A program made the translations under genes and the position numbers. A DNA stretch of 52,301 nucleotides from Micropepsaceae bacterium (GTDB taxonomy: Bacteria > Pseudomonadota > Alphaproteobacteria > Micropepsales > Micropepsaceae): the NCBI GenBank assembly GCA_035632215.1, contig DASQHF010000050.1:1-52301 (forward strand), in the 5' to 3' direction. Positions 27,123 through 38,000 of this stretch are shown one piece after another (position 1 is the stretch's first letter; every line of letters begins with the position of its first letter). The notes beneath the pieces were generated by a model that saw only the letters and a program-made list of their open reading frames with translations, was not told the DNA's origin and ran no database searches.

Positions 27123-27701
27123 ATGGAGACCGTCCTCGTTTCCTTAGGAGCCGTCGCCTTTGCGGAGATCGGGGACAAGACGCAGCTATTGGCGATCCTT
27201 CTCGCGGCGCGATTTCGCGCGCCGATCCCGATTATTCTCGGCATCTTCGCCGCAACGGCGGCCAATCACAGCCTGGCCGCGCTCTTTGGCGTCGCGGCGG
27301 CCGCTTGGCTCTCCTCGGGAGTGCTGACCGGCGTTCTCGCGCTCTCTTTCCTCGCCATGGCCGCGTGGACGCTGCTTCCGGATTCGCTCGAGAAGGAGCC
27401 CCGCCTGTTCGAGAAGTTCGGTCCCTTCGGCGCCACACTGGTATCGTTCTTCCTGATCGAAATGGGTGACAAGACGCAGCTCGCGACCGTTATGCTTGCC
27501 GCGCGCTATCGCGATTTTCTTCTGGTCGCGACCGGCACGACGCTGGGGATGCTGGTCGCCGACGTTCCAGCGGTCTATTTGGGCGAGCTGGTTGCGCGAC
27601 GCGTTCCGCTCAAATGGATGCGTCTCGTCGCAGCCGGGATCTTCCTCTTTTTGGGCATCGCTGCCGCCCTCGATTGGGGCCGCAGGTTCTTGTTCGCCTA
27701 G
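27123..27701 (+). CDS. TMEM165/GDT1 (UPF0016) family membrane protein
   Basis: 192 aa from the ATG at 27123, 3 nt after the MFS stop. It carries the two signature E-x-G-D-K-T motifs (EIGDKTQ and EMGDKTQ). Confidence 0.85.
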   Translation: METVLVSLGAVAFAEIGDKTQLLAILLAARFRAPIPIILGIFAATAANHSLAALFGVAAAAWLSSGVLTGVLALSFLAMAAWTLLPDSLEKEPRLFEKFGPFGATLVSFFLIEMGDKTQLATVMLAARYRDFLLVATGTTLGMLVADVPAVYLGELVARRVPLKWMRLVAAGIFLFLGIAAALDWGRRFLFA

Positions 27702-28879
27702 CGCGCTTTCGTGCGCACACGTTTTTCGGTGCCGGTTTCGATCACCACCGCTTCACCGTGCTCGAGCGCGATGGCGAGCCGGCCTTCGCGCAAAGCGACC
27801 GCATCATGGCCGAAAATCTCGAGCCTCCAGCCATGCAGCGCGGCAACGCCTTCATCGTCGGCGGAAGCCAAGCGGTCGAGATCGTCCGCATCGGCGATCA
27901 GCCGCGCGGCGACGCCATACTGATGCGCGCGCAGGCGGAGCAGGGTCCTCAATAGATCGAGCGCGGCAGCCGAAGGCTCGCGCGTGCGCTTTCGCTCCGG
28001 AGTGATCTCGATGTCGGTGCGCGGATGCTCGAGGGCCTCGCGGACACAGGCGAGGAGGGCCTTGCCGCCCCGGGAATTCGCATAGCCGTTCGGGATCGCT
28101 CGTATCCGTTCGAGAGTCTCCGCATCGGTCGGCGGATGGGCCGCGATCTCGAGCAGCGCCTCGTCTTTTAAGACGCGGCTGCGCGGGACGTCGCGCGTCT
28201 GCGCCTCGCGCTCGCGCCACGCCGCGATTTCGGCAAGGACCGCCAAGAACCGGCGATTGTTCGATCGCACTTTCAAGCGCCGCCAGGCGTCGCTGGGATC
28301 GAGCCGGTAGGTGGCGGGATCTTTCAGCGTCGCTTCCTCTTCCTCGACCCAGCCCGCGCGGCCCGATTTCTCGAGCTCGCTGGCGAGCGTCTCATAGACG
28401 ACGCGCAGATGGGTGACGTCGGCCAGCGCATATTCGAGCTGGCGCTTGGAGAGAGGCCGGCGGCTCCAGTCGGTGAAGCGGGCGGATTTGTCGATCTCGG
28501 ACTTGGTGATCCTGCGCACCAGCGTTTCGTAGGAAGCGGACTCGCCGAAGCCGCAGACCATGGCGGCGATTTGCGTATCGAATAGCGGCTCGGGAATGAC
28601 GCCTGCCTGATGATGGAAGATCTCGACGTCCTGCCTGGCGGCGTGGAACACCTTCATCACTTTCTTGGCCGCAAGGAGCTTGTAGAGCGGCCCGAGGTCG
28701 AGATCGGGCGCGAGCGGATCGATGATGGCGGCCGATTCCGTTCCGGCCGCCTGGATCAGACAAAGCTTCGGCCAATAAGTCTGGTCGCGCATGAATTCGG
28801 TGTCGATGGCGGCGAACGGGCCCTTTTCGAGCTCGGCCACGAAGGCCTTCAAGTCCGCCGTTTCCGTGATGATCCGCAT
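27698..28879 (-). CDS. rnd: ribonuclease D
   Basis: 393 aa with a DEDD exonuclease N-domain (AIDTEF...) and HRDC-like regions. Confidence 0.88.
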   Translation of the reverse strand: MRIITETADLKAFVAELEKGPFAAIDTEFMRDQTYWPKLCLIQAAGTESAAIIDPLAPDLDLGPLYKLLAAKKVMKVFHAARQDVEIFHHQAGVIPEPLFDTQIAAMVCGFGESASYETLVRRITKSEIDKSARFTDWSRRPLSKRQLEYALADVTHLRVVYETLASELEKSGRAGWVEEEEATLKDPATYRLDPSDAWRRLKVRSNNRRFLAVLAEIAAWREREAQTRDVPRSRVLKDEALLEIAAHPPTDAETLERIRAIPNGYANSRGGKALLACVREALEHPRTDIEITPERKRTREPSAAALDLLRTLLRLRAHQYGVAARLIADADDLDRLASADDEGVAALHGWRLEIFGHDAVALREGRLAIALEHGEAVVIETGTEKRVRTKAR

Positions 28880-29029
28880 CGGTCCTCCTTAGCGGATTCG
28901 GTCGGCGGTTGTCCCCTCCTCAAGGCAGTTTCACGGGCCTTTTCCAAGCCTTTCAGCCTGTTGCAGGGCTTGACTTCCCGGGCTCCCCTTTCCACAAACG
29001 CCCGCTTCTGTCCCGGACCTGTCTCCAAG

Positions 29030-30835
29030 ATGCACGCCTATCGCACCCATACTTGTGGCGAACTGCGCAAAACCGACGTCGGCAAGCGCGCGCGGCTATC
29101 GGGCTGGATCCATCGGGCACGCGATCATGGCGGGCTCCTCTTCATCGACTTGCGAGATCATTACGGATTGACCCAGTGCGTCGTGGAGCCGGACAGCCCG
29201 GCTTTTGCGGTGGCCTCGGAAGGACGCTCGGAATGGGTCCTGACGGTCGAGGGCCCCATCGTCGCCCGGTCGGCCGACACCGTGAACCCGAACCTGCCCA
29301 CGGGCCAGGTGGAACTCCGCATCGAGAATGTCACTGTGCAGAGCCGGGCGGAGGAACTGCCGCTGCCCGTCTTCGGCGACGTCGATTATCCGGAAGACAT
29401 CCGGCTTCGCTATCGCTTCCTCGATCTACGCCGGGAACGGCTGCACCGGAACATCATGCTGCGATCGAACGTGATCCAGTCGATCCGGCGGCGCATGGTC
29501 GCGCAGGGGTTTACGGAATTTCAGACGCCGATCCTGACCGCTTCATCGCCGGAAGGCGCACGCGATTTTCTCGTGCCCTCGCGAATCCATCCGGGGAGGT
29601 TCTATGCGCTCCCTCAAGCTCCGCAGCAGTTCAAGCAGCTGATCATGGTCGCGGGCTTCGACCGCTACTTCCAGATCGCGCCCTGCTTCCGCGACGAAGA
29701 CGGCCGCGCCGATCGCAGCCCCGGCGAGTTCTATCAGCTCGATTTCGAGATGAGCTTCGTCACCCAGGAGGACGTGTTCGCGGCGATCGAGCCGGTGCTT
29801 GCGGGCGTGTTTGAGGAATTCGCCGCCGGTCGCAATGTCTCTGGCACCCCGTTCCCGCGCATTCCCTATTCGGAAGCGATGCTGCGCTACGGCTCGGACA
29901 AGCCGGATTTGCGCAATCCGATCAAGATCGCCGACGTCAAGGACGTGTTCGACCGCGAGGACGTTGCCTTCAAGGCGTTCAAGAACAAGGAAGCCGTGCG
30001 CGCGATCCCGGCACCGGGTGCGGCCGCGCAACCCCGCTCCTGGTTCGACCGCATGGTCGATTGGGCGAAAGGGGAAGGTGCCGCGGGGCTCGGCTACATC
30101 GTGTTCGAAGAAGAGAACGGCGCGGTCATGGGCAAAGGGCCGATCGCGAAATTCCTGCCTGCGGACGCGATCTCGGAAATCGCCAGAAGGACAGCGAGCA
30201 AGGCGGGAGACGCCGTGTTCTTCGCCGCCGATCGCGAGGCGCGCGCGGCGCATCTTGCAGGCCATGCGCGATTGAAGCTCGGCAACGACCTCGACTTGAA
30301 CAAGAAGAATGTCTTCGAGTTCTGTTGGATCGTCGACTTTCCGATGTACGAATGGAACGAGGACGAGAAGCGGATCGACTTTTCGCACAATCCCTTCTCG
30401 ATGCCGAATTTCGACCATCAGAGATTTCTCGCGCTCGATACGGGCGACAAGCAGACGATTCTGGGCATCAAGGCTTTCCAGTACGACATCGTGTGCAACG
30501 GCGTGGAGCTCTCCTCGGGCGCGATCCGCAACCACAAGCCCGAGATCATGCTGAAAGCCTTCGAGATCGCCGGTTATGCGCGCGAGGAAACCGAGCGTCG
30601 TTTCGGCGGCATGCTGAACGCGTTTCGCTTCGGCGCACCACCGCATGGCGGGAGCGCGCCCGGTATCGATCGCATCGTGATGCTGTTGTCGGACGTGCCG
30701 AACTTGCGCGAAGTGACGATGTTCCCGATGAACCAGCAGGCGCAGGATCTCTTGATGGGCGCGCCGTCGGAAGTGACGCCGAAGCAGCTGCGCGAGCTCC
30801 ACATCCGCGTCGTGCCGCCCGAAAAATCGCCTTAA
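29030..30835 (+). CDS. aspS: aspartate--tRNA ligase
   Basis: The ATG at 29030 ([13 protein letters not shown]...) gives 601 aa. Class II motifs are present ([19 protein letters not shown]). The upstream part of ORF 28610.. overlaps rnd and is not coding. Confidence 0.95.
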   Translation: MHAYRTHTCGELRKTDVGKRARLSGWIHRARDHGGLLFIDLRDHYGLTQCVVEPDSPAFAVASEGRSEWVLTVEGPIVARSADTVNPNLPTGQVELRIENVTVQSRAEELPLPVFGDVDYPEDIRLRYRFLDLRRERLHRNIMLRSNVIQSIRRRMVAQGFTEFQTPILTASSPEGARDFLVPSRIHPGRFYALPQAPQQFKQLIMVAGFDRYFQIAPCFRDEDGRADRSPGEFYQLDFEMSFVTQEDVFAAIEPVLAGVFEEFAAGRNVSGTPFPRIPYSEAMLRYGSDKPDLRNPIKIADVKDVFDREDVAFKAFKNKEAVRAIPAPGAAAQPRSWFDRMVDWAKGEGAAGLGYIVFEEENGAVMGKGPIAKFLPADAISEIARRTASKAGDAVFFAADREARAAHLAGHARLKLGNDLDLNKKNVFEFCWIVDFPMYEWNEDEKRIDFSHNPFSMPNFDHQRFLALDTGDKQTILGIKAFQYDIVCNGVELSSGAIRNHKPEIMLKAFEIAGYAREETERRFGGMLNAFRFGAPPHGGSAPGIDRIVMLLSDVPNLREVTMFPMNQQAQDLLMGAPSEVTPKQLRELHIRVVPPEKSP

Positions 30836-30980
30836 ACTAGGCAGTTTTCCGCCCCATTTCCGGTGTCCACTATCGGTCCCCTAAGGAACCGAAGCGTGGT
30901 TCCCGAATTACAAAGTTCGAAGAGGTAAGACGTGCGCTTGGCCGTTCACAAGCACGAACCGCGAGAATTGGAGGCTGACC

Positions 30981-31379
30981 ATGTGGCGTTCGGTCATCAT
31001 GTCCAGTTTGGTCGTAGCATTATTGGGTTCCGGCGCGCGGCTTGAGACATCTCACGCCGCAACCCGCAATATTTCCAATCAGGATTTCTTCGTGATGTTC
31101 TTCGTTCCGGGGAGCAAGGATATCTCACCGGAAGCGCGCTGGATCGTCGAGCAGGCGGCCGCGAGCGCGAAGGCGCAAGAGGCATCCGCGATCGAGATCG
31201 CGCTTTCGTCCGGGACGTCGCGAAGAGCGAGTCTTTCCGACATGCGCGCGGCGGCGATCGAAAAAGTGCTCTCGGCTGAAGGCCCGGAGATTCACTTCGT
31301 GCGCCGGCCGCTATCCAAATCCGAGATTTCGATTCCGGGCGCCGAAGACCGCGCCGAGATTCGGATCGTCCAGCGCTGA
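30981..31379 (+). CDS. small secreted protein, degenerate OmpA_C-like
   Basis: 132 aa with GGAGG 7 nt upstream and a signal peptide. The FFV.F..GS.DISPEA...V.QAA......AS.I.I......S......LS..RA.AIE..L layout resembles an OmpA-like domain lacking the GHTD core. Confidence 0.5.
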   Translation: MWRSVIMSSLVVALLGSGARLETSHAATRNISNQDFFVMFFVPGSKDISPEARWIVEQAAASAKAQEASAIEIALSSGTSRRASLSDMRAAAIEKVLSAEGPEIHFVRRPLSKSEISIPGAEDRAEIRIVQR

Positions 31380-31388
31380 TCCGTAAAG

Positions 31389-32501
31389 TTACGCCGCTGA
31401 CCCCCAGACTTCAGTCGTCGTTTCGACGATGAGCGCAAGCTTCTTGCGTTCGATGTCCTCGGTCACGCGGTTGCCGTGATGGGTGCTCGCAAAGCCGCAT
31501 TGCGGGGAGAGGCACAGGCGGTCTATCGGGAAGTATTTCGCGGCCTCATCGATGCGCCTTTTCAAGACGTCCTTGGATTCGAGCTCGGGTTTTTTCGAGC
31601 TGACGAGACCAAGGACGACCTTCTTGTGCTTGGGAATGAACTTCAACGGCTCGAAGCCACCGGCGCGGTCCGAGTCGTATTCCAGGAAATAGCCGTCGAC
31701 GTCGGGCTGATTGAACACCACGCCCGCGACGCGCTCGTAGCCCCCTTCGGCCATCCACATGCTCTGGAAATTTCCGCGGCAGGTATGGACCGTGACGGTC
31801 ATCGTCTCCGGTGCGCCGGCGGCAATTGCGTTGACGATGCGGGTGTAGTCGCGCGTGAGCTGATCGGGATCGAGCCCATCGGCGCGCACGCGCTCGCGGA
31901 CTTGCGCATCGCAAAGGAAAGCGAAGGTGATCTCGTCGAGTTGAACATAGGTGCAGCCCGCCGTCGCGAGATCTTTCAGCTCCTCGTGGAAAGCCATCAC
32001 GAGGTCGTTCCAGAATTCCTCGATATCGGGATAGGCGGTCGCGCTTACCGTCTTGCGCCCGCCGCGCATGTGAATCCAGGTGGGCGAGGGGAGGCAGACC
32101 TTCGGCGTGCGCCTGGTCGCCGCTTTCAAGAACTTAAAGCTCTCCAGCATCACCGGGCGCGTGCGCCGGATCTTCTCGGTGACCGTGAGCATCGAGCGGG
32201 TTTCGCCAGTCGCCCCATCTTCGCCATGGAAGGAAAGCGCGTAGCTCGTATGCGACGGCACGATGCCGGTGAAGCCGGTCAGGAAGTCGACGAGATAATG
32301 GCCGCGGCGGAATTCTCCGTCGGTGATCGCCTGTAGGCCGACGGATTCCTGGAGCGCGACCGCGTCCCGGATGGCTTGGTCTTCGCCGGCGCGCAGCTCA
32401 TCAGCGCTGATCTGGCCTTTCTCGCGTTTCGCGCGCGCCTCATGCAGCGCCCGCGGCCTCAAGAGGCTGCCGACGTGATCTGCGCGAAACGGAGGCGCCA
32501 T
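31389..32501 (-). CDS. cobalamin-independent methionine synthase II family protein (MetE C-terminal-like, 370 aa)
   Basis: FRADHVGSLLRP, GEFRR, HTCRGN and the LSPQCGFAS Zn-ligand context are typical of COG0620 half-size MetE-like proteins. Confidence 0.8.
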   Translation of the reverse strand: MAPPFRADHVGSLLRPRALHEARAKREKGQISADELRAGEDQAIRDAVALQESVGLQAITDGEFRRGHYLVDFLTGFTGIVPSHTSYALSFHGEDGATGETRSMLTVTEKIRRTRPVMLESFKFLKAATRRTPKVCLPSPTWIHMRGGRKTVSATAYPDIEEFWNDLVMAFHEELKDLATAGCTYVQLDEITFAFLCDAQVRERVRADGLDPDQLTRDYTRIVNAIAAGAPETMTVTVHTCRGNFQSMWMAEGGYERVAGVVFNQPDVDGYFLEYDSDRAGGFEPLKFIPKHKKVVLGLVSSKKPELESKDVLKRRIDEAAKYFPIDRLCLSPQCGFASTHHGNRVTEDIERKKLALIVETTTEVWGSAA

Positions 32502-32502
32502 T

Positions 32503-32997
32503 TCAGTTCAACTTGGACGGAATTTCCTCGAGCGAGCGCTTTATCAGATCGGCGGCCCGTCTGTCATCCAAGCGGCTTGCGATCAGTTTTTCGGCCGCGG
32601 CGACCGCCGCATCGGCGGCGAGCGCACGGACTTCGGCAACCGCCTGCGCTTCGGCCTGAGCAATCTTCTCCTCCGCCTGCTTCGCCCGTCGCTCGACTTG
32701 CGCCTTTATTTGGGCGCGAGCTTCCGCGGCGTAACGCTCGGCTTCGGCTTTGGCGCCGGTGACGATGACGGCAGCTTCCTGGTCGGCGTCCGCGCGCTTC
32801 TTCTCGTATTCGAGGAGAAGCGCTTCCGCCTCTTCGCGCAGGCGGCGGGCGTCGTCGAGCTCTTTGGCGATCGCCGCGGCGCGCGCGTCGAGCGAGCTCG
32901 CGAGCATTGCCGGCACTTTCTTCCATAAGAGAATGCCGATGAAGATCAGCGTGCCGATGCCGACCCAAAACTCCGGATCTTTCAAGAGCTCGTCCAT
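32503..32997 (-). CDS. atpF: F0F1 ATP synthase subunit b
   Basis: 164 aa with an N-terminal TM segment and a long charged helix. It is the last gene of the atpI-B-E-F'-F order. Confidence 0.88.
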   Translation of the reverse strand: MDELLKDPEFWVGIGTLIFIGILLWKKVPAMLASSLDARAAAIAKELDDARRLREEAEALLLEYEKKRADADQEAAVIVTGAKAEAERYAAEARAQIKAQVERRAKQAEEKIAQAEAQAVAEVRALAADAAVAAAEKLIASRLDDRRAADLIKRSLEEIPSKLN

Positions 32998-33533
32998 CAG
33001 CCCCTCTTGGCCGCAACCGCGCTCGCGGCCTCTTGCGCGCTCACCTCGACGCCGATGAGCCTGGAAACGATTTCAACCGCCGCTTCTGCGGCAGATTGGA
33101 CGACGCTTGTGCCGGCTTTCGCGCGTTCCGCCGCAATGCGCGCTTCGGCCGCGCTTGTCGCGGCGTGCGCCTCGCGGTCGGCTGCCGCTTTGATCTCGTC
33201 GATCTCGCCGGTGATCTTCTTCCGGTTCTCATCGGCGAGTGCCAGCGCGCGGGCCCGAGCTTGCGCGAGATGCGCCTCGTAGCTCTTCAAGGCTTCGCTC
33301 GCGGTCTTCTGCGCCTTGTCCGCGGTCGCGAGGTCGCCCTCGATCCGATTGCGCCGGTCGGAGATCGCACCGGAGATTTTGGGGAGCGTTACCTTCCACA
33401 GGACGACGAACAGAACGGTGAATGTCACCGCGAGCCAGAATATCTGGCTCGGGAAGGTGCCGACGTCCATCTGTGGCAAGCCTGCCTTGCCGCCTGGAGC
33501 CTCGGTTCCTTCTCTTGTGACGGGAGCTGCCAT
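32997..33533 (-). CDS. atpF2: F0F1 ATP synthase subunit b'
   Basis: 178 aa, with FPSQIFWLAVTFTVLFVVL followed by a coiled helix. This is the alphaproteobacterial b' position. Confidence 0.85.
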   Translation of the reverse strand: MAAPVTREGTEAPGGKAGLPQMDVGTFPSQIFWLAVTFTVLFVVLWKVTLPKISGAISDRRNRIEGDLATADKAQKTASEALKSYEAHLAQARARALALADENRKKITGEIDEIKAAADREAHAATSAAEARIAAERAKAGTSVVQSAAEAAVEIVSRLIGVEVSAQEAASAVAAKRG

Positions 33534-33539
33534 AGGTCG

Positions 33540-33764
33540 TTAAGTGAACAAAATGATGAAGGCCATCACGACGCCCAGAAGGCCAGTGAATTCGCACAGA
33601 GCGAAACCGACCAGCAGATTCGTGAACTGGCCTTGGGCAGCGCCCGGATTACGCAAGGCGCCGGCGAGATAATTGCCGAAGATGATGCCGATTCCGACGC
33701 CCGCGCCGATCAGAGCGATCGAAGCGAGGCCGGCGCCGATAAGTCTTGCTGCGTCAACGTCCAT
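33540..33764 (-). CDS. atpE: F0F1 ATP synthase subunit c
   Basis: 74 aa forming a two-helix hairpin. It has the GxGxGxG packing motif and a carboxylate in the ALCEFTG context. Confidence 0.93.
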   Translation of the reverse strand: MDVDAARLIGAGLASIALIGAGVGIGIIFGNYLAGALRNPGAAQGQFTNLLVGFALCEFTGLLGVVMAFIILFT

Positions 33765-33809
33765 TTTGGTGACTCCTTGTCGATGAGAGAGCGGGCCCCG
33801 CCGCTTGTC

Positions 33810-34562
33810 TCAATGTTCATGCAGGTTTAGGGCATCGTTCAAATAAATGCAGGTGAGGATCGCAAACACATAGGCTTGCAGGAATGCGATCAGGAATTCG
33901 AGCGCTGCGACGGCAACGATGGCGAGGAGCGGCGCAATCGAAAGGAAAGAAAGCGCGCCGCCCGCCGCGGCAAGGCCGATCACGAAGCCTCCGAACACGT
34001 TCAGCATCGTGTGGCCGGCGAGCATGTTCGCGAAGAGACGTACCGAGAGGCTTATCGGCCGGCTCAGGAACGAGATGATCTCGATCGGGATCAGCACGAT
34101 GAGCATCACGAAAGGCACTTTCGGCGCAAACAGCGACAAGAAATGTAAGCCGTGCCGCCACAGGCCAACCACGATGACCATTAGGAAAACGAAGATCGCG
34201 AGCGAGAAGGTGACGATGATGTGGCTCGTCACCGTGAAGGGATGGATCAGCGGAAAGAGCCCGAGCAGGTTCGAGAAGAAGACGAACATGAAGAGCGTGA
34301 ACACGAAGGGGAAGAATTTCAGCCCTTCCGTGCCCGCCGCCGAGCGGATCATGTCCCCGATGAAGATGTAGCTCAGTTCCGCGACCGACTGCATGCGCGA
34401 TGGGATCAGCCGCCGTGACGATGCGCCCCAGGTTAGCACCAGAGCCGCTGTCGCTGCGACGATGCACATCCAAAGCGACGCGTTAGTGAAGGAGATGTCC
34501 AGACCGCCCGCATGAAGCGGTACGATCGGTTTCACCTCGAACTGTTCCATCGGGCTCGCCAC
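33810..34562 (-). CDS. atpB: F0F1 ATP synthase subunit a
   Basis: 250 aa with the conserved SLSVRLFANMLAGH arginine motif. Confidence 0.93.
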   Translation of the reverse strand: MASPMEQFEVKPIVPLHAGGLDISFTNASLWMCIVAATAALVLTWGASSRRLIPSRMQSVAELSYIFIGDMIRSAAGTEGLKFFPFVFTLFMFVFFSNLLGLFPLIHPFTVTSHIIVTFSLAIFVFLMVIVVGLWRHGLHFLSLFAPKVPFVMLIVLIPIEIISFLSRPISLSVRLFANMLAGHTMLNVFGGFVIGLAAAGGALSFLSIAPLLAIVAVAALEFLIAFLQAYVFAILTCIYLNDALNLHEH

Positions 34563-34594
34563 GCGAGACTGCTTCCTTTCGCCTTGAGCCGCTC

Positions 34595-34900
34595 CTAGCG
34601 GCCTTGGTCCTTTTCCATCTGCCGTGCGGTGCGGACTACATTGAAGAAACCGGCCGCGACGCCAACAATGAACATGATAATGAGCAGGAACGGTGCCGTT
34701 CCGAACAGGTTATCGAGCGCCCAACCTATTCCGCCCCCAACGATCACTCCAGCCAGCAACTCCGTCACCAGACGGAAGGCGATACCCAGTTTCGAAGGAG
34801 GAGCCTCGTTTGGCCGGGATTCACCGCGTTGCCGCCGCGCCTTTTGCAGCCGTTCTTCCAATTCGGCAAGACGCTTCGCATCTTCCTCGTCGTCCGCCAT
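34595..34900 (-). CDS. atpI: ATP synthase protein I (AtpI/AtpZ-like)
   Basis: 101 aa with a charged N-terminus followed by two TM segments. It is the first gene of the F0 operon. Confidence 0.75.
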   Translation of the reverse strand: MADDEEDAKRLAELEERLQKARRQRGESRPNEAPPSKLGIAFRLVTELLAGVIVGGGIGWALDNLFGTAPFLLIIMFIVGVAAGFFNVVRTARQMEKDQGR

Positions 34901-34964
34901 GTGCGATCCGCATCTGGAGATTTCCGACGTGCCAAATCAGAAGGGAATGTCAAAAAGCGCGCGG

Positions 34965-34993
34965 ACCATAGGGGCGGGTCTCCCCCCTGTCAA
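34965..34993 (-). promoter_or_regulatory. candidate sigma70-type promoter of the atp F0 operon
   Basis: On the minus strand, TTGACA (34993-34988) is followed by a 17-bp spacer and TATGGT (34970-34965). This lies about 65 nt upstream of the atpI ATG. Confidence 0.45.
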
Positions 34994-35070
34994 GCAAAGC
35001 AGAGCCACGGAAAAGCACTGATTTTCCTCGGCAAAATGACGCTGTGTCAGGGCGATGATCGAAGCGAAAT

Positions 35071-38000
35071 TCATTCGGCGGCGATGACGCGCTCGGCCTC
35101 GGCAAGCGAAACCGAAACGAGCTGGCTCACGCCCCGCTCGGCCATGGTGACGCCGAACAACCGGTCCATGCGCGACATGGTGAGCGCATGATGAGTGATG
35201 ATGAGGTAGCGGGTTTCCGCCATCCGCGTCATCTCGTCCAAAAGGCGGCAGAAGCGATCGACGTTGGCATCGTCCAAAGGCGCGTCAACTTCGTCGAGCA
35301 CGCAGATGGGGGCAGGGTTCACCAAGAACACGGCGAAGATGAGCGCGATCGCGGTCAGAGCCTGCTCGCCGCCGGAGAGAAGCGACAGTATCGTGAGCTT
35401 CTTGCCGGGCGGCCGGGCAAGAATCTCCAAGCCCGCTTCGAGCGGATCTTCCGATTCGGTGAAGGTGAGCCGCGCTTCGCCGCCCTGGAACAGCTCCTTG
35501 AACAGACGCTCGAAATTCGCGTTGACCTTGCCGAAGGATTCCAGAAGCCGCTCCCGCCCCTCGCGGTTCAGCGTCTGGATGCCGCGCCGCAAGCGATCAA
35601 TGGCGCCCTGCAAGTCCGCGCGGTCGGCGGTCAAGGATTGCAGCCGCTGCTCCTGCTCGTGCGCTTCTTCCTCGGCGCGCAAATTGACGCCGCCCAATTG
35701 CTCGCGCTCGGCCTTCAAGCGCTCGACCTTCTTCTCGGCCGATTCCAGATCGGGGAGTTCCGCGCCGGCTTTTAGTTCCGCGCGTGTAACCAGCTCGTCC
35801 GGGGTGGCCGACAATTCATCGCGAATGCGGCGGGCTAACTCGGCAAGCCGCGCGGTCGCGGACTCCGCCCGCGCCTCGGCGCCCGCGCGATCTTCGCGCG
35901 CTTCGGAAAGCGCGTGATCCGCCGCTTTTGCGAGCTTGTCCGCTTCGGCGAGGATGGTTTCCGCTTGCGCGCGGGCATCGGCTCCTTCCTTGCGGGCCGC
36001 TTCGGCCAAGTCGATCGCGTCCTGGAGACGCGACCGACGAGCGGCGATTGCGACCGGAGCAGCTTCGAGCGCGGATAGTTCGGTGGTCATTTCCTCGAGG
36101 CGGTTGTTCAGTTCCGCGATCTGCTGCGCGGCGGCCAACTGCCGCGATTTCCAGCGCTCCGTTTCTTCCGCCAACGCGGCTAGTCTCTGACTGCGCGCCA
36201 GAGCCTCGCGGCGCATCGATTCAAGCCCGGCGCGGGCGTCGCTCGCGGCAGTGCGGGCATCAGCGGCAAGCTCGCGCGCTTGCGCGAGATTGAGGGTCAA
36301 CTCGGAAGCATCCGCCAAGGCGCTCAAGGCCTGTGAAGCCGCCTGCGCCGAGCGCCGCGCGTTCTCCTGCGTTGTGCTCAAGCTCCTAAGCTCGGCTTCG
36401 AGGCCCGCGAGCTTTGTCGCGCGCTCAGCAGCGACGCGAGCGGACTTGGCGGCTTCGTCTTGAGCCATGAACAGCTCGGATTCGAGCTCGCGCAATTTGC
36501 GCTCTCCAGCGCGCGCGGCTTCGCTCGCGGCCACCGCATCGCGCTGAGCGGCGGAGTAGGTCCCAAAGGCCGTGCTCCGTGCGGCCTTGGCTTCGGCAAG
36601 GCTTTGCTCGAGCGCCACCAACCGGTTGCGCTGTTCGAGACGAAGCGCCGACTGACTCGGCGCCTCAGAGGAAACGGAGAAGCCGTCCCAGCGCCACAAA
36701 TCGCCGCGTTGCGTGACTAGGCGCTGCCCGGGAAGAAGCGCTTTTTGCGCAGCGCGTCCTTCTTCCTCGGTCACGACCGCGGTGAAGGCAAGACGGCGCG
36801 CGAGATGGGGAGGAGCGTCGACGAAGTTTGCAAGTGCCGTGCCCGCGGGCAGTTCCGGAATGTTGGCCAAAGATCCGAGATTGAGCCAGTGTTGGGGAGC
36901 GGCTTCATCCAGCGGCGCGTTGAGATCATCACCCAAGGCCGCTGCGAGCGCGGCTTCGTATCCGGGTTCAACTTTGACCGCGTCGATCAAGGGCGGCCAC
37001 AGATCGCTTCCTTGCGGCCTCAAGAGATTTCCGAGCGCGCGGGCTTCGGCGTCGAGCCGCTGGACCTCGTGCTCGGCTGCTTCGAGCGGACTGCGCGCTT
37101 CCTTCTCCGCATTCAGTGTGGTGGCGTGGCCGCTCTCGGCCGCTTCGGCAGCAGCGCGCGCCTCGGCAATGGCGGCGCGCAACGCTTCGACGCGCAGCTC
37201 AGCCGATTTCACATCCGGCGCGGCAACGGCAATAGTCGCTTCGGCCTGCGGCGCCAATGCGGTGCGCTGTTCCTGTGCGCGGCTGGCGATCTCCTCGCCT
37301 TCCTCGCGTGCGCGCTCGTAGCTTGCCCGCGTTGCGTTGAGCTCGGCGAGTTCGGCCGTCAAGCGCTCGAGAATGCGCTCTCGCTCGGCGAGCGCTTGCG
37401 CAAATGTCTGAGCCTGCTCCTCGGCGTCGGCGAGCGCGGCTCCTGCGCTCGCATTCGCCGCATCCAGTTCGACCGTTTCGGCGTTCAGATCGGCAAGTGC
37501 GGCATTGGCGTCCTGCTCGAGGCCGACTTCGCGGGTGCGGTCCTGTTCGGCCTGACCGATGCGCTGGCGCATGCGCTGCGCTTCGTCGCGCGCGCGCGCC
37601 TCTTCGGCATGCAAGCTGTTGCGCTCGTGGATCAGACGCTGAAGCGCGGCGCTGCGCGCGGCTTCCGCTTCGCGCAAGGGGGGGAGACTCGCCGCGGCGT
37701 TCGCCTGCAGCGCGGAGGCCTCTGCCGCATGCGCCGTGCGTTCCGCGACCAAGTCCATCGCTTGCGCGAGCTGGGCATCTGCGGCTTGGGAGGCTGCTTC
37801 CAGTTCGCGCCAACGCAACAGGAACAGGATCGCCTCGGCCTTGTGGATGAGGCCTGAAAGATTGCGATAGCGCGACGCCTGTCGGGCCTGCCGTTTCAAA
37901 CCTTGGAGCTGCGTATCGACTTCGGCGATGACGTCATCGAGGCGCGCGAGGTTCGTCTCCGCCGCTTTCAAGCGCAGCTCGGCCTCATGGCGGCGCTGAT

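Noticed and set aside
27100-27125. A manganese (yybP-ykoY) riboswitch upstream of the GDT1/UPF0016 gene.
   Set aside because: The gene starts 3 nt after the MFS stop, so there is no room for a leader RNA. The 97-bp region upstream of the MFS gene shows no recognisable riboswitch core.
25923-27701. A 592-aa ORF spanning the MFS gene and the GDT1 gene.
   Set aside because: Its first roughly 400 aa are an out-of-frame, Arg-rich read through the MFS transporter gene. Only the last 192 aa (from the ATG at 27123) show the two ExGDKT motifs of a real UPF0016 protein.
28610-29029. An N-terminal 140-aa extension of the aspS ORF that overlaps rnd.
   Set aside because: AspS homology starts at [13 protein letters not shown] (ATG at 29030). 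The extension is the antisense of the rnd 5' region.
30836-30980. tRNA or small RNA genes in the larger intergenic gaps (30836-30980, 34901-35070, 19430-19664, 7336-7621 and 28880-29029).
   Set aside because: By eye I found no cloverleaf-compatible arms, no GTTCGAATC-type T-loop in context, and no conserved 4.5S, 6S or tmRNA motifs. These gaps are better explained as promoter or leader regions. A covariance-model scan (tRNAscan-SE or Infernal) would be needed to be certain.
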